DNA from: Pyrinomonadaceae bacterium
Lineage (GTDB): Bacteria; Acidobacteriota; Blastocatellia; Pyrinomonadales; Pyrinomonadaceae
Length of the DNA stretch: 64,000 nt
Assembly: GCA_046313635.1 (NCBI GenBank)
Contig: JBKBYA010000009.1
Location: 1-64,000, forward strand
Direction of reading: 5' to 3'
The notes beneath the pieces were generated by a model. It was not told the DNA's origin. It did no database searches and saw only the letters and a list, made by a program, of their open reading frames with translations. Of this stretch, positions 48,471 to 60,313 are shown piece after piece; the stretch's first letter is position 1, and the number at the start of each line of letters is the position of its first letter. The position numbers and the translations under genes are program-made.

Positions 48471-49148
48471 ATGACCGCAAATTTACCGACACCAAAATTC
48501 ATCCCGCTCGACTTCACGCTTTTGACGCCCGACGACCAGCTGCGCCGGGCTGACGCGTTTCTCGATCTGATGACGCGCCGCCGCACGGTGCGTGAATATT
48601 CCGGCCGCGATGTGCCGATCGAGCTGATCGAACGCGCGATCGCGACCGCCGGCACCGCGCCGTCGGGCGCGAACATGCAGCCGTGGCGATTCGTCGTCGT
48701 GCGCGACGCGGAGGTCAAAAAGAAGATCCGCGAGGCCGCCGAGCGCGAAGAGTACGAGAGCTATCACGGGCGTATGAGCGAGAAGTGGCTGCGGCGCCTC
48801 GCGGTGCTCGGCACCGACGAGCACAAGCCGTTCCTCGAGATCGCGCCTTATCTGATCGTCGTCTTCAGGATCAATTCGGTCATCGACGAAGACGGTGAGA
48901 CCGAGCCGACGTATTACTCGCAGGAGTCGGTCGGCATCGCCGTCGGTCTGCTGCTTGCGTCGCTGCACAACGCCGGCCTCGCGACGCTCACGCACACGCC
49001 GTCGCCGATGAGATTCCTGCAGGAGATACTCGGCCGTCCGAAGAACGAAGTGCCCTTCGTGCTGATACCGGTCGGCTACCCGGCCGACGGCGCCGAGGTG
49101 CCCGACATCGGCCGCAAGCCGCTGGCTGAAATAATGGAGATCGTTTGA
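48471..49148 (+). CDS. Nitroreductase, iodotyrosine deiodinase-like
   Basis: RRTVR, APSGAN.QPW, IREAAE.EE...Y, W...L..LGT...KPFL, LTHTP. Confidence 0.85.
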   Translation: MTANLPTPKFIPLDFTLLTPDDQLRRADAFLDLMTRRRTVREYSGRDVPIELIERAIATAGTAPSGANMQPWRFVVVRDAEVKKKIREAAEREEYESYHGRMSEKWLRRLAVLGTDEHKPFLEIAPYLIVVFRINSVIDEDGETEPTYYSQESVGIAVGLLLASLHNAGLATLTHTPSPMRFLQEILGRPKNEVPFVLIPVGYPADGAEVPDIGRKPLAEIMEIV

Positions 49149-49218
49149 ACTCGATAATAGTTCGTGGTACCGAGGAAGTTCGAGCAGTGTCGTTAACAGT
49201 CGCGCCGGTTTGTTCTAA

Positions 49219-49374
49219 AGCATAGCCACACACTTTAGGGCGTGGTCGACGGCGTACGTATCGTTCCCAGCGCGTTTCAACGGGTTTACGAGCCCGCCGT
49301 GTACGAAGGGCGTTGAAACGCCCTTTGATCTCTTTGCGCTGCCCCGACCCCGCCGTGAACGGCGGGGCTATGCT
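49219..49374. repeat. Intergenic palindromic MITE/REP-like element
   Basis: Terminal IR AGCATAGCC...GGCTATGCT; internal hairpins AAGGGCGTT-G-AAACGCCCTT and CCCCGCCGT-GA-ACGGCGGGG. Confidence 0.7.
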
Positions 49375-49515
49375 AAGACAAGCTCGACCGCCGATGATGA
49401 ACAGCGATAAGCGTCAGCTCCGGCCAGATCCAAAAACCAAAAACCAAAAACAAAAAACAAAAAACAAAAGAGGCCGCCCTTTCAGACAGCCTCTCATTCA
49501 TTGACGATGACAGTT

Positions 49516-52137
49516 CTAGGGCTTGACCTCGTAGTCCGGCCAGCACGATGTCGGGTTGAGGTACTGGTAGAGCAGCTCGAGGGCCTGTCGGTTGACCGTG
49601 CTGGCCGCGGCATTCGGCCCGGCCTTTTCAGGGTCGAGTATCCGCGCGATCTGATCGCGGACGGCGGCCAGATGGACCCGTGTCGGCTTATCGCTCGATC
49701 GAGCGATCGAACGCGCGATCGACGCGTCGAGCGTCTTTAGCTCTGCTCGATAGAACGCCTTTTCGTCGCCGCTCGAGATGAACATCGCCGCCAGCTCCGC
49801 CGGAAATCCCGCCGGCAGCGTCGGCGCCGCCCCGTTGAGTTTGTTGTTGGCGATGTCGAGGTACGAACGCTGCAGATTACGCCGGTACGCGTCGATCGAA
49901 ACGCTCGGCGACTCGAGCTCGGTCCACACGCCGCGTCTCACGTCGGCCAGAAAGTCCGCAGCCGGATACGCTGCGTTCCCGTCCAACGCGTTCTGCTCGA
50001 TCAGCCGCGCAAATCGCGAGCTCGACAACAGGTTGTTGAGGATGCTCGTCTGCGCGTTGCGGACGCGGTTGAGCGCTCCGACCGCCTCGATGCGGCGAAG
50101 GATCTCTTTATCGATCGCCCAAGTCGGCGTGGCAAAGGCGTTCTCGCCGAGGAATCGCACGGCCTCGGCCTGACGCGCCCGCGGGATTAGCGTGAACCGC
50201 ACGCCGCTCTGCCCGATGTGCTTCTGCTGCGAGTTAAATCCGCCGACGATCGCGGCGACGTGATTCATCTCTAGCGTCCACTGCCCGAGCATTCGGCCGT
50301 AGAGTTCCTGGAGATCGTCGTACGGCAGACCTTTTTCGTTGGTCGTCGCGGGCACGAGCATCTTGGCGACGCGCTTGAGATTGAGCAGGCCGAGCGCGGT
50401 CGACTTGACGGCATCGGCATCGCCGACGGCCTCGGTCAGCTCGCCGGGGTCGGCGCCCGCCGAGCCGTCCGTCGAGAAGCGATACCAAGGCGTGGTGTCC
50501 TGCTCGCGGGCCCACGCGTCGAGCGTCGCGCGCTCGGCATCGGGCGTACGAGCGTTCTCGATCGGCTTGTAGCCCCACGCCGTCGCCCAGATGTCGTACG
50601 GTCCGATGCCGGGAATGAGGTCTTTGGGGTCGACGTTGTCCTCGGGCTGCACGACGTAATTGAACCGCGAGTAGTCCATCAGCGTCGGCGTGTGGCCCAT
50701 CTTTTTAAGCCATGCGGCGTCGCGGATCTTTTCCTGCGGGTACATCGAGCTCGCCTTCATATTGTGCTGGAAGCCGAGCGTGTGGCCTACCTCGTGTGCG
50801 ACGACGTACTCGACCAACTCGCCCATCAGATCGTCGGGCATCGGCAGCTTTGCGACGCGCTTGTCGAGCGGGCCGACCTGCAGGAAGTACCAGGCTCGCT
50901 GCAGGTTCATGATGTTGTGATACATCTGAATGTCGGACTCGAGGATCTCGCCGGTGCGCGGGTCGTTGATGTGCGGGCCCGAAGCGTTCTCGATCGTCGA
51001 CGGCAGCCAGCGTATCACCGAGTAGCGTGCGTCCTCGGGGCTGAAGTCCGGATCCTGCTTCGCGGTCGGGGCCATCTTTGCGACGATGGCGTTCTTAAAG
51101 CCCGCGGCCTCAAACGCCTTTTGCCACTTTTCGACGCCGCGTTTGACGTACGGCACGAGCCAGGTCGGCGTTGCCGGATCGACGTAGTACGTGATCGGCT
51201 TTACCGGCTCGGACAGCTCTGCATTCGGATCTTTTTTCTCGAGACGCCAGCGCGTGATGTAGCGGCGCTCGGTCGCCTTTTGCTCCGGGCGGCCGTAGTC
51301 CATCTGCGCGACCGAAAAATACCCGACACGCTCGTCAAACAGACGCGGCATCATCGGATCCTCGGGCAGCTTGACCATGCTGTGGTGGAGCACGACCGTC
51401 GCGCTGCCGGGATTCATTCCCGCCGGGCCGAAGGGGCTCGTCGGGCCGCTCGGAGCGCCGGCCGGCGAGACCATCCGCGTGTAGGTGTGCGTCGCCTCGG
51501 CCTCGATATTCTCGGGGAAAGGCGAGATGCGCTCGATGAACGAGCGGGTCGCGTCGAGCGTCGTCGCGTTGAGCCGCTGCCGTGCGCTGAACTCAAAAAT
51601 GTCGGTCGTAAAGAGCCTCGTCACCTCGATCACGGCGGAGTCGTTCGGCCCCCAGGCGGCGACCGGGAAAGACATCAGGATCGTGTCGTTGTTTGCGGCC
51701 TGCACGGCCTGCGAGATCGGCAGCCGCGGGTCGGCGACGACGCTGTAATTCACGTTTCGCAGATTTATGCGGTTGTCGCTGCGCTCCCAGCGTACGACGC
51801 GCCGGCCGAGCGCCTGCCCGCCGTAGCCGACGCCGAGCGTTGTGCGCGCGATCTGCGTCACCCAGAGAAACTGCTTGTCGAGCTCGCCCTTGGGTATCTC
51901 GTAATAGTACTTGTCCTTGACCTTGTGGACGGTAAAGATGCCGGGCTTTGACTTGGCGTCCTTGGTGATGACCTTGTCGTAGGGCTGCGGGTCCTGCGAT
52001 GGCGGCGTAAGTCCCGGCCGCGGGCCGGCCGCTCCGGGTGTTTCCTGCGGTGTCGGCGGGTCTTGCCCAAAGGCCGCGACCGACACGGTTAAGACGACGA
52101 GAAGCAGCAGCACGGCCGCCTTCGCAAACCTGATCAT
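49516..52137 (-). CDS. Zinc-dependent metalloprotease (DUF5117/DUF5118/EcxA-like), exported
   Basis: [11 protein letters not shown] zinc motif; [15 protein letters not shown] Met-turn; signal peptide. Confidence 0.92.
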   Translation of the reverse strand: MIRFAKAAVLLLLVVLTVSVAAFGQDPPTPQETPGAAGPRPGLTPPSQDPQPYDKVITKDAKSKPGIFTVHKVKDKYYYEIPKGELDKQFLWVTQIARTTLGVGYGGQALGRRVVRWERSDNRINLRNVNYSVVADPRLPISQAVQAANNDTILMSFPVAAWGPNDSAVIEVTRLFTTDIFEFSARQRLNATTLDATRSFIERISPFPENIEAEATHTYTRMVSPAGAPSGPTSPFGPAGMNPGSATVVLHHSMVKLPEDPMMPRLFDERVGYFSVAQMDYGRPEQKATERRYITRWRLEKKDPNAELSEPVKPITYYVDPATPTWLVPYVKRGVEKWQKAFEAAGFKNAIVAKMAPTAKQDPDFSPEDARYSVIRWLPSTIENASGPHINDPRTGEILESDIQMYHNIMNLQRAWYFLQVGPLDKRVAKLPMPDDLMGELVEYVVAHEVGHTLGFQHNMKASSMYPQEKIRDAAWLKKMGHTPTLMDYSRFNYVVQPEDNVDPKDLIPGIGPYDIWATAWGYKPIENARTPDAERATLDAWAREQDTTPWYRFSTDGSAGADPGELTEAVGDADAVKSTALGLLNLKRVAKMLVPATTNEKGLPYDDLQELYGRMLGQWTLEMNHVAAIVGGFNSQQKHIGQSGVRFTLIPRARQAEAVRFLGENAFATPTWAIDKEILRRIEAVGALNRVRNAQTSILNNLLSSSRFARLIEQNALDGNAAYPAADFLADVRRGVWTELESPSVSIDAYRRNLQRSYLDIANNKLNGAAPTLPAGFPAELAAMFISSGDEKAFYRAELKTLDASIARSIARSSDKPTRVHLAAVRDQIARILDPEKAGPNAAASTVNRQALELLYQYLNPTSCWPDYEVKP

Positions 52138-52251
52138 TCTAAGAGTCCTCCTAACGGATAAAATGGCGTTGAATTTTTGCCGACGATCTCGGCCCCGGTG
52201 AATGTGCGGCAATGATACTCTTCTCCCGCAAATTCGAAAAGTAAAGAATTG

Positions 52252-53619
52252 TCAATTAGGGCCCGTCAGCAGACCACCCAGCAGACCGATCGTCCCGCCG
52301 GCGAGCACGACAAAAAGAACGTCGATCTTGAATCTGTAAAGCGCCGCGAATGCCGCGACCGTCAACACAGCGGCGAACCAGTCGATGCCTCCATTCAGCC
52401 CCGACGGCAAAATGACCGCGCCGCCAAAGACGAGAGCGAGATTTAGAATGACGCCGACCACGGCCGCGGTGACGCCCGAGAGAGCTCCGGTCAAACTCTT
52501 GCTGCCGCGAAGCAACTCGATGTACGGCGCCCCGACAAAGATAAAAATGAAGCACGGCAAAAAGGTCGCGTACGTCGCGACCAGCGCTCCCACGACGGCG
52601 CTTGCCGTCGGGCTCAGGTCGCCGGGATGATTCCATGCCGCCATGAACCCGACAAACTGCAGCACCATGATCAGCGGCCCGGGCGTCGTCTCGGCCAGTG
52701 CGAGGCCGTCGACGGCCTGAGTGCTCGTGATCCATTGATACGGCGGCGTCGTGAGAGCCTGCGTGACGTATGCGAGCACGGCGTACGCGCCGCCAAAGGT
52801 GACGAAAGCGGCCTTGGTGAAAAATAGATATTCGTCGGCGTGAAGGCTCGCCGTCCCGCGCGACCATGCGATCGTCGCAAAGGGCAGCAGCCACAACGCC
52901 GCGCCGACGGCGATCACCTTAAGGACCCGACCGCGCCGCGGAAGCGTGTGCGGCGGCGGCGGCGAATGATCGTCGATCACGAGCGGAGGTTGATCGCCGC
53001 TGTGCACAGACCGTTCGTTGCCGGCCTTTGTCTCGTTCATGGGCGCAAATTCAGCCGGAAAGGATCGCGCTCCCGCAAGGCCGACGATCGCCGCCGCAAG
53101 CACGATCAGCGGAAAGGGCACGTGCAAAAAATAGATCGCGACAAAGCCCGCAGCGGCGATCGCGAAGTGCACCCAACGCCTCAGCGCGCGGCCGCCGATC
53201 TTGATGAGAGCCTCGACCACGATGGCGACGACGACCGGCTTGAATCCCGCGAGCACGCCGGCGACGACCGGCACGCTGCCGTATTTCGCGTACGTCCACG
53301 AAAGGGCGAGCAGGACAAAGATCGAGGGAATGACAAAGAACGCGCCCGCGACAATGCCGCCCCACGTGCGATGCATCAGCCAGCCGATGTAGATCGCGAG
53401 CTGCTGCGCCTCGGGGCCAGGCAGGAGCATGCAGTAGTTCAGCGCGTGCAGAAATCTCTCGTCGCTCAGCCAACGCCGCCGCTCGACAAGCTCGCGATGC
53501 ATCATCGCGATCTGCCCGGCCGGCCCGCCAAACGAGATGAAGCCGAGCTTCAGCCAAAAGCGAAAGGCCTCGCCAAAGCTGACCGTGCGCTTTTGCTCGG
53601 CTGTATCGCGATCGGGCAT
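52252..53619 (-). CDS. chrA: Chromate efflux transporter
   Basis: [34 protein letters not shown]. Confidence 0.95.
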   Translation of the reverse strand: MPDRDTAEQKRTVSFGEAFRFWLKLGFISFGGPAGQIAMMHRELVERRRWLSDERFLHALNYCMLLPGPEAQQLAIYIGWLMHRTWGGIVAGAFFVIPSIFVLLALSWTYAKYGSVPVVAGVLAGFKPVVVAIVVEALIKIGGRALRRWVHFAIAAAGFVAIYFLHVPFPLIVLAAAIVGLAGARSFPAEFAPMNETKAGNERSVHSGDQPPLVIDDHSPPPPHTLPRRGRVLKVIAVGAALWLLPFATIAWSRGTASLHADEYLFFTKAAFVTFGGAYAVLAYVTQALTTPPYQWITSTQAVDGLALAETTPGPLIMVLQFVGFMAAWNHPGDLSPTASAVVGALVATYATFLPCFIFIFVGAPYIELLRGSKSLTGALSGVTAAVVGVILNLALVFGGAVILPSGLNGGIDWFAAVLTVAAFAALYRFKIDVLFVVLAGGTIGLLGGLLTGPN

Positions 53620-53622
53620 TAG

Positions 53623-54396
53623 CTACACCTTGAACTCAGCGACGACCGGCGTGTGGTCGGACGGGCGCTCCCAGCCGCGAGGCTCTCGATCGATCCAGCA
53701 GCCGGTGCATTTCTGGGCGAGCGAGGGCGAGGTCCAGATGTGGTCGATGCGTAGGCCGCGGTTCTTTGGAAATGCGAATTCGCGATAGTCCCACCACGAA
53801 AATTCTTTTACGTCGCCGTTCATTTGGCGAAAGACGTCGACAAAGCCCCACTGCTTGACGTGGTGTATCGCCGCGCGCTCGGGCTTTGAAAAATGGATCT
53901 TGCCCTCCCAAAGCGCGGGGTTCCAGACGTCGAGCGGGTCGGGCGCGACGTTAAAATCGCCGCACAGCAGTACGTCCGACTCCTTATCGCACGATTCGTC
54001 AAAAAAGCGCCTAAGCCGCTGCAGCCAGTCGAGCTTGAATCGGAACTTGTCGCTCCACAGCTCTGTGCCGTTGGGCACGTACGTGTTGACGATGCGGACG
54101 CCGTTTATCGTTGCGGCGATCAGGCGCTTTTGCGAGTCTTCGTGATCGTCGTCCGGAAAGTTCTTTTGCACGTCGTGCGGCTCGTGCCGTGTGATGATCG
54201 CGACGCCGTTGTAAGACTTTTGCCCGTAAAAAGCCGAGAAGTAGCCCGCGTCGTGCAGCGCCTGATAGGGAAAATTCTCGTCGACGCATTTCGTCTCCTG
54301 CAGACAGACGACATCCGGCCCGGCCTCGCCGAGCCATCTGAGCAAATGTTCGAGCCGAGCGTTGATGGAGTTGACGTTCCAGGTAGCGATCTTCAT
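53623..54396 (-). CDS. xth: Exodeoxyribonuclease III
   Basis: ATWNVNS, LQETK, YNGVA, YVPNG, GDFN, RIDH, SDH. Confidence 0.96.
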   Translation of the reverse strand: MKIATWNVNSINARLEHLLRWLGEAGPDVVCLQETKCVDENFPYQALHDAGYFSAFYGQKSYNGVAIITRHEPHDVQKNFPDDDHEDSQKRLIAATINGVRIVNTYVPNGTELWSDKFRFKLDWLQRLRRFFDESCDKESDVLLCGDFNVAPDPLDVWNPALWEGKIHFSKPERAAIHHVKQWGFVDVFRQMNGDVKEFSWWDYREFAFPKNRGLRIDHIWTSPSLAQKCTGCWIDREPRGWERPSDHTPVVAEFKV

Positions 54397-54418
54397 CCCG
54401 ATAAGTTTATTACACCCC

Positions 54419-54689
54419 CAAGTCAGAACCGCCCCGCGTGAGCGGGCGGGATGTCAGAACCGCCCCGCGTGAGCGGGCGGGCTCATTGACCCTCGGCGAC
54501 GAATTGCCCGCCAAACCGGCGAAAACGCGCGTAAGGAAGAAAGAACTTTAACCGCGGATAAACGCAGACGGGCGCGGATCGGCAGAGATAAAAATCGATT
54601 TCTCTTATCCGCGCCATCCGCGTAGATCCGCGGCAAAAAATGACGACGCGCTAAGAGCCCGCCCGCTCACGCGAGGCGGTTCTGACTTG
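54419..54689. repeat. Composite REPIN-like cluster: two direct and one inverted REP copy around a nested palindrome
   Basis: GTCAGAACCGCCCCGCGTGAGCGGGCGGG at 54422 and 54453; inverted copy 54658-54686; internal CCGCGGAT...ATCCGCGG repeats 54552-54633. Confidence 0.9.
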
Positions 54690-55641
54690 TACGTCTGCGT
54701 GTGCGGTCGCGACTCGTATTTCTCTCCCAGAAAACACCGTCGGCAAAGCCCTGGATCGAGCGGTCGGTCTCTGCCAGCTCGAGGCGCTTGAGGGCGAGCA
54801 GGCAGTACTCCTCGTCCGACTCGATCGCGACAAAGCGGCGGCCGAGCTTTTTTGCGACGACGGCGGTCGTGCCGCTGCCGGCAAAGGGATCGAGGACGAG
54901 ATCGCCTTCGTTCGTGCTCGCGAGGATGATCTTGGCGAGGAGCTTTTCGGGCTTCTGCGTCGGGTGGTCGGTATTCTCCGGCATCGACCAAAAGGGCACG
55001 CTGATGTCGGTCCAGATGTTTGACGGGTGCGTGTCGCGAAAGTTGCCGTCCTCGCCCTCGTCCCAGTCTTTAGGCCGGCCGTTCACGCGATACGGAGCGA
55101 TGACGCGGCGGCGCTGCTTGACCGCGTCGAGGTTAAAGACGTACTCGTCAGAGACGGTAAAGAACCAGATGTCCTCGGCCGCGTTCTTCCAGTTCGCTTT
55201 TGCGCCGCGGCCCTTTTCGCGTTCCCAGGTGATGCGGTTCCGGAGTTTGAAATATCTCGACCCGGCGCGCTCGATCGCCGAGCTCGAGCGCCAGTCGCCG
55301 CAGATGTAAACGCTCGCCGTCGGTTTAAGCAGCGGCCCGCAGAGCGACAGCCACGAGTCGAGCCACGCCTCGTACTCGTCAACTGTTGAACGTTTGAAAC
55401 TCTCCTTGCCGAAATTCTTCGTCAGGTTGTAAGGCGGATCGGCAAACAATAGATCAAACGAACTCTTCGGCAGCCGCGGCAGCAAAGCGAAGGCGTCGCC
55501 ACGGATGACGCCGCCCGGCTCGAACGGCGGCCGGCTCCGGTCGGCGAGCAGCGTCCGCAGCCGCTCGACGTCGCCGGCTTCAACGACGAGCGTCCGATTG
55601 CGTCCGCCACGCGGCTTTTTATTGTCGGTCGGCGATGACAT
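54667..55641 (-). CDS. Orphan site-specific DNA methyltransferase (N6A/N4C, beta-class motif order)
   Basis: DPPY before HPTQKP and DPFAGSGTT; no adjacent restriction enzyme. Confidence 0.92.
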   Translation of the reverse strand: MSSPTDNKKPRGGRNRTLVVEAGDVERLRTLLADRSRPPFEPGGVIRGDAFALLPRLPKSSFDLLFADPPYNLTKNFGKESFKRSTVDEYEAWLDSWLSLCGPLLKPTASVYICGDWRSSSAIERAGSRYFKLRNRITWEREKGRGAKANWKNAAEDIWFFTVSDEYVFNLDAVKQRRRVIAPYRVNGRPKDWDEGEDGNFRDTHPSNIWTDISVPFWSMPENTDHPTQKPEKLLAKIILASTNEGDLVLDPFAGSGTTAVVAKKLGRRFVAIESDEEYCLLALKRLELAETDRSIQGFADGVFWERNTSRDRTRRRTSQNRLA

Positions 55642-55650
55642 GGCGGCCTT

Positions 55651-56034
55651 TCAAAGGTGATAGATCTCGATCCAATTGCCGCACGTGTCGTCGAAGGTCG
55701 CGACCGTGGCCGGACCCATTTGGACGGGCTCGTGACGAAATTCGACGCCGAGCTCGAGCAGCCGCTCATATTCGGCCTGCACATCGTCGACAAAAAATCC
55801 TCTGGCCGCGATGCCCGCCATGTATAACTCGTTCTGAAAGGTACGGGACGGCGGGAAGTTTGTCGGCTCCAGCAGGAGCTCGGCCTCGTCGCGGGCATTC
55901 GGCGAGACCACGGTCAGCCAGTTGAAGTTGCCCATCGGGACGTCCATTTTGATCTCAAATCCCAGAACTCGTGTGTAAAAATCGCGCGCTTTTTCCTGGT
56001 CGTCGACCATTACGCTCGACAGTTTTATCTTCAT
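55651..56034 (-). CDS. VOC/glyoxalase family protein
   Basis: V.VDDQEKA..FYT.VLGF, LLLEP, FDDTCGN. Confidence 0.9.
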   Translation of the reverse strand: MKIKLSSVMVDDQEKARDFYTRVLGFEIKMDVPMGNFNWLTVVSPNARDEAELLLEPTNFPPSRTFQNELYMAGIAARGFFVDDVQAEYERLLELGVEFRHEPVQMGPATVATFDDTCGNWIEIYHL

Positions 56035-56168
56035 AATCCCTCCGGATCGGGCGCGGCGACGTGGTCAAGGCCGTCGGTCCGCGTCCTCCGAAAAGACCGA
56101 TTGTTTCACACCGCAGAGGCCCGCCCAAAGCCGTTCTCCCGCGCGGGCTTACGGTCTAGGTGCCTGCC

Positions 56169-56197
56169 TTGACCCTCAAAATAGCGCGTGATAGCCT
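56169..56197 (+). promoter_or_regulatory. sigma70 promoter of the atp genes
   Basis: TTGACC-N17-TAGCCT with extended TG. Confidence 0.6.
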
Positions 56198-56261
56198 TGT
56201 ATATTTCGAGCGGCGGACGATTTTTAGACTGTTATTTATTCATAAAACTTTAAATTAAGCT

Positions 56262-56711
56262 ATGCAATTCGTGGCATTTGCCGAGTCGATCCAGCTCTTT
56301 CCGGACGGCACTCTATTCATCCACATCGGGCTGATCCTGCTGATGATCTGGGTCTTGAACCGCACGCTGTTCAAGCCGATCAATCAGGTGATCGCCGAGC
56401 GCGAAAAGAGTAAAGGCGGCCATTCGTCCGAGGCGGCCGAGATGCTCGCGCAGGCTAACGAGAAAGAGGCCGCATACAACCGCGAGCTTCTCGAGGCGCG
56501 GAGCCGCGGCTACGAGATCATCGAGACCGAGATCAAGCAGGCATCTGCGCTCAAAGAGCAGAAATTGAACGAGGCCAGGTCTGAGGTCGCGGCGCGGGTC
56601 TCGGGCGAAAAGCAGGACCTGGAGCGGCAGGCCGAGGCGGCAAAGGCGGCCGCGGCGGCCGAGGCCGACCGGCTCGCCGACGTGATCGCCGCGACGGTGA
56701 TCAAGGCATAA
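56262..56711 (+). CDS. ATP synthase F0 subunit b'
   Basis: N-terminal TM ending LFKPI, then coiled coil; first of two b-type genes. Confidence 0.88.
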   Translation: MQFVAFAESIQLFPDGTLFIHIGLILLMIWVLNRTLFKPINQVIAEREKSKGGHSSEAAEMLAQANEKEAAYNRELLEARSRGYEIIETEIKQASALKEQKLNEARSEVAARVSGEKQDLERQAEAAKAAAAAEADRLADVIAATVIKA

Positions 56712-56736
56712 GATCTCGCGAACGACATTTATCGGT

Positions 56737-57294
56737 ATGTCAGCTTTAACATTCGGCTTGAATCTAATATTCCTCGCGGAGGCGGGCCACGGCGGATTTT
56801 ACGACCAGTATCTCAACATCCCCGGTTTTGAGCTTTGGAAGTTCATTAACCTGACGATATTCGTCGCCTTTTTGATCTGGATCTTGAAGCGTCCGCTCAG
56901 CGAGGCATTCAAGGCAAAGCGCGAGGCGATAAGGGCCGACCTCATCCGAGCCGAAGAGGAGCGCCAGGCCGCGCTCGCTCGATTGACGGCCGTCGAGGCA
57001 AAGCTTGCCCAGCTCGAGCGCGAAAAGTCGCAGATCCTCGAGCGTGCCAAGGCCGAGGCCGAGGCCGACCGCACACGTCTGCTCGAGCAGACCGAGGCCG
57101 AGATCCGGCGACTCCGCGAGCAGGCCGAGGCCGAGATCGCGCGGATGGCGCAGCGGACGCGTGCCGAGCTGAAGCGATTCGCCGCCGAGGAGAGCATCAG
57201 GCTCGCCGAGCAGACGCTTCGCTCGCGAATGGATGTCGAGGCCGATTCGCGGCTCGTCAAGGCGAGCATTCAGGAGATCGGAGGGCTTAACTGA
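56737..57294 (+). CDS. atpF: ATP synthase F0 subunit b
   Basis: WKFINL.IF TM then coiled coil; precedes delta. Confidence 0.9.
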   Translation: MSALTFGLNLIFLAEAGHGGFYDQYLNIPGFELWKFINLTIFVAFLIWILKRPLSEAFKAKREAIRADLIRAEEERQAALARLTAVEAKLAQLEREKSQILERAKAEAEADRTRLLEQTEAEIRRLREQAEAEIARMAQRTRAELKRFAAEESIRLAEQTLRSRMDVEADSRLVKASIQEIGGLN

Positions 57295-57296
57295 CG

Positions 57297-57839
57297 ATGA
57301 GCATCGAAACTATCGCACGCCGATACGGCTCGGCACTTGCCGATGTCGTGCTCAAGACCGGCGAGACCGAGACGGTCAGCGCCGAGCTGCTTCAGTGGGA
57401 AGCGATGCTCAGCGCAAATGCCGAGCTCTCGACCGTCTTTGCAAATCCCGCGATACAGCATCAGAGCAAGGAACGCGTGCTCGAGGATCTGATCGAGCGT
57501 GCAAAGCCGTTGCGCACGACCGCAAACTTTCTGCGTGTGCTGCTTCGGAATGGCCGCCTGACCGAGCTGCCGCACATCAACCGCCGCTTCGCGGCCGAGA
57601 TCGAGGAGCGTCGCGGCATCGTCGCCGCCGAGGTCACATCGGCCCGCGAGCTTCGCGATGACGAGCGCGGCGAGTTAAAGAGCAATCTCGAAAAGCTCAC
57701 CGGCCGACAGGTGAAGCTCAATTTTCAGATCGATAACGATCTTATTGGCGGTGTCGTCGCACGCATCGGGTCGACCGTTTACGACGGCTCGGTAAAGACG
57801 AAGTTAGAGAATTTAAGACAAGAACTGATCGGAAGTTAG
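57297..57839 (+). CDS. atpH: ATP synthase F1 subunit delta
   Basis: IARRY..AL; LIGG...IGS.VYDGSVK..L. Confidence 0.95.
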   Translation: MSIETIARRYGSALADVVLKTGETETVSAELLQWEAMLSANAELSTVFANPAIQHQSKERVLEDLIERAKPLRTTANFLRVLLRNGRLTELPHINRRFAAEIEERRGIVAAEVTSARELRDDERGELKSNLEKLTGRQVKLNFQIDNDLIGGVVARIGSTVYDGSVKTKLENLRQELIGS

Positions 57840-57944
57840 TTTTTGGTTTTTTGTACTTGGCTCTTGTCCGATCGTCAGTACCGGACCGCAAGGCAAATGA
57901 CAAAGGACCAAGGGCAGAGGACGAAAAACAAAAGACCAAAGACC
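57840..57944. repeat. Inverted degenerate heptamer arrays
   Basis: TTTTTGG-like x4 then CAAAGGA-like x7, period 7. Confidence 0.75.
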
Positions 57945-57956
57945 ATTAACAAAACA

Positions 57957-59489
<1,533 letters not shown>

Positions 59490-59535
59490 TTGCCGATTGT
59501 TATCCCAACGGTGGTGCGTTCAGTGCAACTTTGGA

Positions 59536-59564
59536 TTGACTCTCGCTTTTCCTCGGACTAGCAT
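59536..59564 (+). promoter_or_regulatory. Internal sigma70 promoter of the TA pair (probably leaderless)
   Basis: TTGACT-N17-TAGCAT; ATG 7 nt downstream; no RBS. Confidence 0.75.
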
Positions 59565-59571
59565 TGTTGGC

Positions 59572-59919
59572 ATGAAGAGGGAAACGCGAATCAACGTCCG
59601 GACCACCGATCAGATCAAGCGGGAGCTCAAGGTCACCGCCCGACTCCGTGGGCTGACCGAGTCATCGTTGGTGAATTCATTGGTCGTACGAGCGATCCGA
59701 GAGGAGAAGCAGGTTTCTCCTGAGGCCTTTGAGAATATCGGAGACGCCAAACGGCGAGGGCCGAATATCGGCGAACAGACTCCGGCGGAAGAGAAGGTTC
59801 CTGACTGGCAGCAAGGAATACGCAAAGCGAGAGGGATGTGGAAGGGACGAGACGACCTTCCTGATCTGGGGCAATTGCGAAAGGAGTCAGATCGAAGCGA
59901 TCGGTGGGACATTGACTGA
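59572..59919 (+). CDS. Putative VapB-type antitoxin (ribbon-helix-helix N-terminus)
   Basis: RINVR beta strand plus two helices; GMWKGRDD tail; TGATG coupling to the PIN gene. Confidence 0.75.
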   Translation: MKRETRINVRTTDQIKRELKVTARLRGLTESSLVNSLVVRAIREEKQVSPEAFENIGDAKRRGPNIGEQTPAEEKVPDWQQGIRKARGMWKGRDDLPDLGQLRKESDRSDRWDID

Positions 59920-60305
59920 TGGAAAGCAGTGGCGTCCTCATCGACACCGACGTGCTGATCGACTACTTGCGTGATCACGCTAAAGCCGTCGAATACCTGC
60001 AATCGCTTTCGGAGCCGCCTGCAGTCTCGGCGTTAACGATCGCGGAACTATATTCAGGCGTTAGAGAAGGTCGAGAAAAAAAATTCTTGGACGAGTTCGC
60101 GAACACGCTGAACGTGATCGATGTTAGTGACGAGATCGCGAGACTGGGCGGATTGTTCAGGCGGAATTATTTTAAGAGTCACGGGGTCGGGATCAACGAC
60201 GCGATAATTGCCGCCACGGCAGAACTCGAAGATCGAATCCTCGTGACCTTGAATGGAAAACATTTTCCAATGTTAAGGGACATTTTTGTGCCCTACCGAA
60301 AGTAA
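59919..60305 (+). CDS. vapC: VapC family PIN-domain ribonuclease toxin
   Basis: LIDTDVLID, IAEL..G, DAIIAATA, LVTLN.KHF. Confidence 0.92.
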   Translation: MESSGVLIDTDVLIDYLRDHAKAVEYLQSLSEPPAVSALTIAELYSGVREGREKKFLDEFANTLNVIDVSDEIARLGGLFRRNYFKSHGVGINDAIIAATAELEDRILVTLNGKHFPMLRDIFVPYRK

Positions 60306-60313
60306 GAAAGGAA

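Noticed and set aside
54422..54481. 29-bp direct repeat as a mini-CRISPR
   Set aside because: Only a 2-nt spacer, an inverted third copy and no cas genes; better explained as REP-like.
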